The notes under the pieces are model-generated. The model saw only the letters and a program-made list of their open reading frames with translations, had not been told where the DNA came from and searched no databases. DNA of 20,000 nt from an uncultured virus (IMG/VR IMGVR_UViG_3300042888_000268) (lineage: Duplodnaviria; Heunggongvirae; Uroviricota; Caudoviricetes), in IMG/VR virus record IMGVR_UViG_3300042888_000268; one strand, 5' to 3'. A program made the position numbers and the translations under genes. The number at the start of each line of letters is the position of its first letter. The first letter of the stretch is position 1. Below are positions 8,118 to 14,771 of the stretch, one piece after another.

Positions 8118-9230
8118 TTAATAAGCTAATGTATAATCTCTATAAACGTTTATACGATAGATAACACCATTATGAGTATGAACAACCGGATTATTTACTG
8201 AACCCCCACTGCTATTAAATACTTCTATACCATTTACTTGATAATTAAAAGTGCTTGGGTCAGTAGTACTAAATCTAAGATTTGTACTACGCAAACTAGA
8301 CCAGTTTGAACCTGTAGTACCTTGAACAGCCATAGATTCAGTAGCTGGAAGATCTAATCCACTAATAATAACTTCTTGAGATGTATTGTTATTAGTGCCA
8401 GATACACCAGAACCTGTAATAGCATACCCTATTCTTATACTAAATGGTAAAAGATTATTACCAGTTAATAACATACCCATTGCTTCACCAGTTAATGTCC
8501 AACGAACTGTAGCATTGCTTGTACCTGAATTAATTTCAAAAGCATTAAGATAGAGTGATCTTGTAGGTAAAGCAGTTCCTCCTCCAGTATATGTTAAATT
8601 ACAAGTGAGAGAACCATTTACTAATGTAGTGGGATTACCAGATGCAAAGGATATATTACTAATTCTGTCATTAGATCCAGATGCTTGAACATATGATGTA
8701 GATGTAGAACTACCAGATGGAATCGTAAGACTAACATTGGATGATGTACTACCTATAGGACTAGCACAATCTCCTGTCTCTACTGTCTGAGTAAGATTTA
8801 CAGTTAATGCCGTAGATGTATTTACAAGAGCTCCACCTTCGGTAGTAAGTTTAATTCTATAGCCAGGTTTAGTACAACTTGTTGTATTACCAGATGCTCC
8901 AATTTCATAACTTACAGATGGGTCTTCATAAAGTACTACTCTATAAGGACATGCTGGAGTAGTTGGTGTGCCACCACCTCCACCTGAACTTGCAATAACA
9001 ACAGGACCAAAAGATCTTGGAGTTCCATAGCTAACTCCACATTTAGCTTCTATTGTTCCAGAATAACTAGTTGAATTTAAGTCTGTAAGTACTAAAGGAA
9101 ATGCTGTAGTAAATACAGTACTAATATTAGTAGGACTACTTGTTGGCCAATATTTAACACGGTACTCAGTTACATACTGATATCCGTTTCCAGTTGGGGG
9201 TGTAAAATTTATAGTTAAACTATATGGCAT
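8118..9230 (-). CDS. Putative virion surface protein: N-terminal FN3-like domain plus Ser/Thr/Gly-rich beta domains, 370 aa
   Basis: N-terminal 'SLTINFTPP...YRVKYWP...YSGTIEAKCG' is shared with the two upstream genes and is followed by an SSGGGGGTPTTP linker. Confidence 0.7.
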   Translation of the reverse strand: MPYSLTINFTPPTGNGYQYVTEYRVKYWPTSSPTNISTVFTTAFPLVLTDLNSTSYSGTIEAKCGVSYGTPRSFGPVVIASSGGGGGTPTTPACPYRVVLYEDPSVSYEIGASGNTTSCTKPGYRIKLTTEGGALVNTSTALTVNLTQTVETGDCASPIGSTSSNVSLTIPSGSSTSTSYVQASGSNDRISNISFASGNPTTLVNGSLTCNLTYTGGGTALPTRSLYLNAFEINSGTSNATVRWTLTGEAMGMLLTGNNLLPFSIRIGYAITGSGVSGTNNNTSQEVIISGLDLPATESMAVQGTTGSNWSSLRSTNLRFSTTDPSTFNYQVNGIEVFNSSGGSVNNPVVHTHNGVIYRINVYRDYTLAY

Positions 9231-9233
9231 CTA

Positions 9234-9791
9234 TTAAGTATTAGACATTGAAAAATTTGTTACTCCACTACCATTAGTACAATTAACTTCTGTAAGAGTC
9301 CATGTATAACTTCCTATAGGAATATTAGCAGATGCCACTGTAAGAGGAGTGTTACTTGCAGTAACTGTAGAAGTTACTGTAGCAGTTATAGTTTGTCCTT
9401 GTTTAATAGTAAGTGTAGCTCCCGGTCTTGATCCTGATCCACTATAGTATACAGTGGTAACCTTAGCTTTATATCCTGCAGTGTACACTACAAGAACTCC
9501 TGTAGATGCATTACCGCAACTAGCAATAGGATTACCTCCAGTAATAGAATAAGGAGGATTCTCAACGAGAGTTACATTAAATGCAACTGGAGTACTTAAC
9601 ACTCCACCGCCACATGCAGCTTGAATTGTTCCTTGGTATACACCAGCAGGAACATTATTAAAAACAGCAGGACTTGCCGTAACTGTTTTTCCATCACCAT
9701 CTTCAATTCTACCAACAGGCCAGTATTTAACTACATAGCCTCCAATTGGAGCAGGGGTTGTACCAGTAAAAGTTACAGTTAAAGTTGCCAT
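9234..9791 (-). CDS. Putative virion protein with FN3-like N-terminal domain, 185 aa
   Basis: 'TLTVTFT...PAPIGGYVVKYWP...YQGTIQAACG' plus a second Ig-like beta domain. Confidence 0.7.
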   Translation of the reverse strand: MATLTVTFTGTTPAPIGGYVVKYWPVGRIEDGDGKTVTASPAVFNNVPAGVYQGTIQAACGGGVLSTPVAFNVTLVENPPYSITGGNPIASCGNASTGVLVVYTAGYKAKVTTVYYSGSGSRPGATLTIKQGQTITATVTSTVTASNTPLTVASANIPIGSYTWTLTEVNCTNGSGVTNFSMSNT

Positions 9792-9794
9792 TTA

Positions 9795-10226
9795 TTATGC
9801 AATTACATCTAAACGTGATACCCCAGTCATAGGGCTAATGCTGCCTTCATATGCTGAAACAGTAACAGCAGTTGTTCCTACAGTTACAGTGGTAGATTGG
9901 TTTGTACTACAAGACGTGTAAGTATATGTAGTACCATTTGTAGCAAATGAATATAAGAAACAAGTTTTAACAGATCCAGAAACAGCAAAATAACTAGTTT
10001 TACCTAAGTTACCATCTCCACAATTTGCTTGTATAGTTCCTTCAATGTTATAACAAGCTGGTACATTTGGAATAAGAATAGGATTATTATATAATCCTTC
10101 TACAGTATTCCATGCAGTGTTGCCTACCGCTCTCCATTGTACAGTGTATCCATTAGCTGGTTCTACTGCAGGAGGAGCATAATTTAAACTAAGTACTTTA
10201 TATTTATCACATTCAGGTAATGCCAT
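9795..10226 (-). CDS. Putative virion protein with FN3-like domain, Cys-rich, 143 aa
   Basis: 'LSLNYAPP..EPANGYTVQWR...W...IEGTIQANCG'. Confidence 0.7.
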   Translation of the reverse strand: MALPECDKYKVLSLNYAPPAVEPANGYTVQWRAVGNTAWNTVEGLYNNPILIPNVPACYNIEGTIQANCGDGNLGKTSYFAVSGSVKTCFLYSFATNGTTYTYTSCSTNQSTTVTVGTTAVTVSAYEGSISPMTGVSRLDVIA

Positions 10227-10235
10227 ATATTAATT

Positions 10236-10661
10236 TTAGCAAGTTACAGTGGTAAGTGAAAGACTAGCACTACCAGATACAACAGCTGGTGTAGTAAGTA
10301 ATGCACAAATAGTTTGTGGGCTAGTTAAATTAGTAACGGTTATAGAAGTTATTACACCTAGTTTACTTAAGTATTCAACAGTGGCTTTTCCTTGTACAGC
10401 AGTGACAGTGATAACATAATTTTTTGCTACGGGATTAGCTCCTAATAAAAAAACATTTAAGGCTGCAAAAGCAGTCTTTAAACGCATACCATTAGTAATA
10501 CCAAGTGATGGTAAATTAGGACCAGTGTATTTTACACACTGGCTAAATAACAAATCTTCACAAGGCTCACTAGAAGGAGGACAATCAGGTAACCCTACAG
10601 CATTGGCAGGATCTGGATTGTTACAGTCATAACAGTTTTGTAAAGGAAGTCCTGAAGACAT
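10236..10661 (-). CDS. Cys-rich putative virion protein, 141 aa
   Basis: 'SQCVKYTGPNLPSLGITNG' parallels 'SNCVIWQGPSLSCINLCNG' in the upstream 408-aa protein. Confidence 0.7.
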   Translation of the reverse strand: MSSGLPLQNCYDCNNPDPANAVGLPDCPPSSEPCEDLLFSQCVKYTGPNLPSLGITNGMRLKTAFAALNVFLLGANPVAKNYVITVTAVQGKATVEYLSKLGVITSITVTNLTSPQTICALLTTPAVVSGSASLSLTTVTC

Positions 10662-10681
10662 ATCAAATAAGTTTTAAAATA

Positions 10682-11908
10682 TTAAGCTAATGATGCTGTT
10701 ACACCTGTTACAGTAGGACAAGGAATAGTAATAGTTTCTGTATAAGACTTATTACAAGAAACACCATCTTTGATTACGCAACCTTCTACGGTAATAGTAT
10801 ATGGTGAAGAGAAGTTTAAACCTGATGAAGCAATTGCAAATGTTACACCTGCAGTGTTACTTACAGCAGTTGATAATATAACACGTCCTGTATAAGTTTT
10901 ACCAACATTATCTTTAATTGTAACTGAAGCACCTGCTCCATCACAATCACTAAATCCTGTAGGAATTGTAGTATAAGTATCAAATCTTAATGTAACATTC
11001 TGACGAGTGTTATCAGCAAAAGCAGCAAACTTAAGAATAAAGCCAGCACATGCTCCACCACCAGCACCTGTTCCAATAATATCTTTCATAACAGCTCTCA
11101 TATCACAAACTGTCAACCATAAGTTATGAAATGAATCAGCAAGTGTAGTTATAGTAGGTTTCCATCCTGGGATGTTACCTAACGCTCCACTTTGAGAAAA
11201 GGCTGTAGCCTGAGCTAAACCAGCACATTGTTGTGCGGCAGCAGCTGTGATAGCAGTTGTAGTACCTAGTGTTCCTCTAAGAACACAAAACTGATCTTCT
11301 AAAGTATCTAAAGCTAGGTTAAGAGTCTTAGCGGTAGTGTCAGTTCCATATATACAGTTAGGGACAATTGTAGGAAGTAAGTCTGTAGTTTTGTTTTCAA
11401 GAACTACAATTCTATTTTCATGACCTGTAATTTGACTAGTATGGTTATTTACCAAAGTGTTCATAGCACAAACCTTAGTAGCCATTGTACTACTAAATGC
11501 AGTGTGGGCTACAGAGGTAACATTCTGACCTTGAGCATTTACATATTGTAAACATGCTGGCAAGGTTAAATTTGGTTCTATATAATCACTAGTACCATTT
11601 TGCAAATCAGTAATGAGTTGTTCTATATCACAAGTCTTTGTGATGATAAGATCTAATACGGCTGACAAGGTTTTTACTGGCTCTGGACAAGTTTGACAAG
11701 CTTGAACTACACAGGATAAGTCAAGATCAGAAAGATCTAAATGGGCTTGCAAATCACATAGTTCTACAGCAAGTTTGTAGACTACATCTGATACGGTATC
11801 ACCGTTGCAAAGGTTAATACATGACAGGCTCGGACCCTGCCATATTACGCAATTGGAAGAGACTGGAGCACAACCCTTATCAGCAGTATTAGATTTTGTA
11901 GGTAACAT
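10682..11908 (-). CDS. Cys-rich putative fibre / structural protein with coiled-coil segments, 408 aa
   Basis: 20 Cys by hand count; heptad-like segments (VNNHTSQITGHENRIVVLE) and a beta-rich C-terminal domain. Confidence 0.7.
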   Translation of the reverse strand: MLPTKSNTADKGCAPVSSNCVIWQGPSLSCINLCNGDTVSDVVYKLAVELCDLQAHLDLSDLDLSCVVQACQTCPEPVKTLSAVLDLIITKTCDIEQLITDLQNGTSDYIEPNLTLPACLQYVNAQGQNVTSVAHTAFSSTMATKVCAMNTLVNNHTSQITGHENRIVVLENKTTDLLPTIVPNCIYGTDTTAKTLNLALDTLEDQFCVLRGTLGTTTAITAAAAQQCAGLAQATAFSQSGALGNIPGWKPTITTLADSFHNLWLTVCDMRAVMKDIIGTGAGGGACAGFILKFAAFADNTRQNVTLRFDTYTTIPTGFSDCDGAGASVTIKDNVGKTYTGRVILSTAVSNTAGVTFAIASSGLNFSSPYTITVEGCVIKDGVSCNKSYTETITIPCPTVTGVTASLA

Positions 11909-11932
11909 AAGTAGTTATATATCAATGAGTTA

Positions 11933-12436
11933 TTAACAATCAATTACATTCTCAGCTCCGAATAAACCGTCAAGCTTAGCTTTCAATTTACCATATCCAA
12001 ATGCAAAGATGTCTATTTCTTCAGCTCCTGACATATCAGGTACTGTCTTAGTAATTGTTTCTTCAACATCTTGCTCTTCCATAGAATGTCTAGTAACAGT
12101 TTGAGTAGTTGGTTCACCACCTTCTTCTGTTGCAGGTACAGTAACTTCTTCAGTAGTTTCCACTGGAACCATACGTTTAACCGTAATAGTTTCAGTAACT
12201 TCTTTAGTCATAGGTACATACAAGCTTTCACCAATTTGTTGGTTTCTAGATACTCCACCATAAGGTCCAGGATAACCTGCACCAATAGCTGGAGTTAAGT
12301 CAGCTTGAGACTGATAGATTTCAATACGGAAGTTAGCAGATCCATACTTAGAAATTTGGTAATCTGCAATACGAATGTAAGCTTCAGATGTAATACCTTT
12401 ATCGGTTCCAATCTGAGTAGTAATTTTTAGTGCCAT
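11933..12436 (-). CDS. Hypothetical phage protein, possibly tail-fibre associated, 167 aa
   Basis: Clean ORF after a terminator and promoter-like motif, with an acidic Thr/Glu/Val-rich middle segment. Confidence 0.7.
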   Translation of the reverse strand: MALKITTQIGTDKGITSEAYIRIADYQISKYGSANFRIEIYQSQADLTPAIGAGYPGPYGGVSRNQQIGESLYVPMTKEVTETITVKRMVPVETTEEVTVPATEEGGEPTTQTVTRHSMEEQDVEETITKTVPDMSGAEEIDIFAFGYGKLKAKLDGLFGAENVIDC

Positions 12437-12466
12437 GTAATATTAAGTTTAAAAAGTTTAGATACT

Positions 12467-12489
12467 CTACAATATAATATACGGAAAAA
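12467..12489 (-). promoter_or_regulatory. Candidate phage-specific (late) promoter motif, copy 2
   Basis: Minus-strand TTTTTCCGTATATTATATTGTAG lies just downstream of a terminator, where transcription would need to restart; similar to 6580-6602. Confidence 0.55.
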
Positions 12490-12502
12490 AGGTCTATAAA
12501 AC

Positions 12503-12534
12503 AAAAAAACCATCTAGATTTCTCCAGATGGTTT
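12503..12534 (-). terminator. Intrinsic (rho-independent) terminator
   Basis: AAACCAUCUGGA-GAAA-UCUAGAUGGUUU followed by further U's: a 12-bp stem with one G-U pair, a GNRA loop and a U7 run, 26 nt after the stop at 12561. Confidence 0.85.
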
Positions 12535-12560
12535 ATAGTACGTATACTAGACTTGGTTGC

Positions 12561-13076
12561 TTATTTCATAGGGACTACCTTAGCTTCTTCCACCTTTATA
12601 AGTTTAAAGAAGGTACCATAGTTTTCTGATGTTTCTACATTAGCAAAATCTGCTAGTGTAATTGGCTTATATTCCAACTCCTTTTCAGTTTGTAAAAGCT
12701 CATTAAACTCTTTCTCAAACAATTGAAAATCAGGGTTTAAGATCTTTCTAGGACCAGTTTTTCCTTCAGCATCAGGCTCTGTATATACTACAGCTCCATC
12801 TGCATCAACCTCATCAATAGCCATAGGAATAGAGATGCCACCATTGCCATCTTCTTTTCCGTACTTCTTGATCAAGTCATTCTTAAGTTCTTCCACTGCA
12901 GCCTTTTCAGCTGTTACTTTTTTACCTAGGTCTGTTAACCAATACTTAGTTACTAAAGGTAACTTTTCTTGTAATAAACCAGAGGCAGTTTTTTCACCAG
13001 TTTGTTGGTTGGTGATACCATTGAGTTCAGCTTCTAGGTTGTAGAACTCATAAAGTTTTAATGTAATTTTTTCCAT
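12561..13076 (-). CDS. DUF1617-like helical phage protein (possible fibre assembly chaperone), 171 aa
   Basis: 'KLPLVTKYWL...EELKNDLIKKYGKEDGNG...FEKEFNELLQTEKEL' resembles DUF1617-type proteins found near fibre genes (from recall); charged and Cys-free. Confidence 0.55.
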   Translation of the reverse strand: MEKITLKLYEFYNLEAELNGITNQQTGEKTASGLLQEKLPLVTKYWLTDLGKKVTAEKAAVEELKNDLIKKYGKEDGNGGISIPMAIDEVDADGAVVYTEPDAEGKTGPRKILNPDFQLFEKEFNELLQTEKELEYKPITLADFANVETSENYGTFFKLIKVEEAKVVPMK

Positions 13077-13103
13077 AAATGGGTTTTAAAGATTAATCTA
13101 ATA

Positions 13104-13111
13104 CAAAGTTA
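13104..13111 (-). promoter_or_regulatory. Bacteroidota sigma-A -7 promoter element TAACTTTG
   Basis: Exact TAnnTTTG match in an intergenic gap, 27 nt before the ATG at 13076. The nearest plausible -33 TTG (13137-13135) has a long 23-nt spacer. Confidence 0.6.
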
Positions 13112-13160
13112 TGTATATTAATCAATAACTATGCCAATGACATATTAACATATGTGGATA

Positions 13161-13970
13161 TTATTCAAAATCACCTCCGCCACCTCCCCCACCACCACCG
13201 CCACCAAAGCAGCATGCTTCTGTGTTATACTGAATAACTTCTGCTTGGTATGATCCTCCACTTCCGTTTGCTCTTATAGCAACTAAATTACATCCTACAC
13301 ATTCACTATTTAAATACTCTCCATATGCTGGATAACAAGGTCCATTATCTACAATTCCTCTTGTTCCACCACCTGTATATCCAGTAACACCTTGAGAACC
13401 TATATGTCCAGCACCGTCATTTGTTGAAAAATTCCAAATTCTACCTTTTCTAGCACATATTGTCGTTGTTTGCCCATTTGGTAAGCCATTTATAACTTGT
13501 AAAGAACCATTACAATCAACCCACCATATACTACCAGTACCTTGGCCAGTTCTTGATGATGTAATCGTATAACTGTGACATGCATTAATATCATTGCAAT
13601 CACAAGGAAATCCTATATCTAAATAAGCAGATCCATTTGTATTAGTCCAAGTAAAACTACCCTCTAAAGCACACGGTACAACGTAATGCCAATTACCTGC
13701 TCCAGTATTATAAACTGATTGAGTTACACCATTACAATCAATCCAAGAAACAGTACCAGCGTAACCAGTTGAACCTAATAAATAGGCTCTGTAATTAAAT
13801 ACACAATTTGAAGTTGATATAATCATTCCAGAAAAGTTTACCTGATAACTTGTAGTGCCATCAGATACCCAACCAGGTCCTACGGTTGCTGTTCTTTTAA
13901 TATCAGTATAAAGATAACAACCCGTGGTTAAACTAGAACAATAACTATAAAAAGGTAAACATTGTGCCAT
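13161..13970 (-). CDS. Cys/Gly-rich putative fibre-tip / receptor-binding protein, 269 aa
   Basis: 16 Cys by hand count, two internal 'W.DCNG...CA..G' repeats and a C-terminal Gly11 tract. Confidence 0.65.
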   Translation of the reverse strand: MAQCLPFYSYCSSLTTGCYLYTDIKRTATVGPGWVSDGTTSYQVNFSGMIISTSNCVFNYRAYLLGSTGYAGTVSWIDCNGVTQSVYNTGAGNWHYVVPCALEGSFTWTNTNGSAYLDIGFPCDCNDINACHSYTITSSRTGQGTGSIWWVDCNGSLQVINGLPNGQTTTICARKGRIWNFSTNDGAGHIGSQGVTGYTGGGTRGIVDNGPCYPAYGEYLNSECVGCNLVAIRANGSGGSYQAEVIQYNTEACCFGGGGGGGGGGGDFE

Positions 13971-13979
13971 AATTAATAT

Positions 13980-14771
13980 TTAAAGATTACCATTACAATT
14001 ATTTGAAAGAGTATGCACACAAGCATCATTTGCAGAAGTTGTACTATAAGATTTATTATAAGAATAAGTTATAAATGACCATGCTTTAACATAATAACTT
14101 GTCCCAGCTTGAACAGTAAAACTATGAGTAAGCTCTGTTAAATTAGGAGCAAATGATGCGTTTTTAAATACAGATTGATCATGTATTAATGCTCCATTAG
14201 CAAACACTTGTAAAAACCCATATCCAGGAGCATCCCATCCATAACTTGGTCCATCAGGAGTTGGTAAACCAAAATTAGCTTGAACAGTAATTTGATTTCC
14301 TACTCTTACAGCACTTGACATATTAGGAGACTCTTGAGGACCTCCAAAAAATAACCAGTCTAAATTAGATCCTGGATCTAATCTTAGTGGAACTCCATTT
14401 ACATACCCACCTAAGTCAGCATTTAAATACGGATTACCTTCTTGATTTAAATTAAAATAAAAAGAGGGACTACCACTAGTGTCTACTAACCTTGTAGCAT
14501 TTATATAATCATAGTTACAAGTAAGCCAAGGAGAAGGACCAGAATTATATTGTGTTTGACCATTACCTAAATCTGTAGTCCAACTACTAAAAGGTATAAA
14601 TGCACCTGTAGAAGAATCACCAACATCCACATGAACACGGTTAGCTACTTCTTGACGAGTTAAACATCTATTAGTAGCAGGTATAGTTTGACCAGCTCGT
14701 AACCCAATTAACTTTTCGTTAACCATAGCTTGAAGTTCATCTCCAGTTATTTGAAAACCGTTACTTCTCAT
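13980..14771 (-). CDS. Putative fibre-tip adhesin following the S74 tail fibre, 263 aa
   Basis: Translationally coupled to the fibre gene (TAATG overlap at 14771); a short helical N-terminal segment is followed by an aromatic/Gly-rich beta domain. Confidence 0.55.
   Translation of the reverse strand: MRSNGFQITGDELQAMVNEKLIGLRAGQTIPATNRCLTRQEVANRVHVDVGDSSTGAFIPFSSWTTDLGNGQTQYNSGPSPWLTCNYDYINATRLVDTSGSPSFYFNLNQEGNPYLNADLGGYVNGVPLRLDPGSNLDWLFFGGPQESPNMSSAVRVGNQITVQANFGLPTPDGPSYGWDAPGYGFLQVFANGALIHDQSVFKNASFAPNLTELTHSFTVQAGTSYYVKAWSFITYSYNKSYSTTSANDACVHTLSNNCNGNL

Noticed and set aside
12071..13044. Plus-strand ORFs 12071-12298 and 12835-13044
   Set aside because: Antisense shadows of well-formed minus-strand genes.
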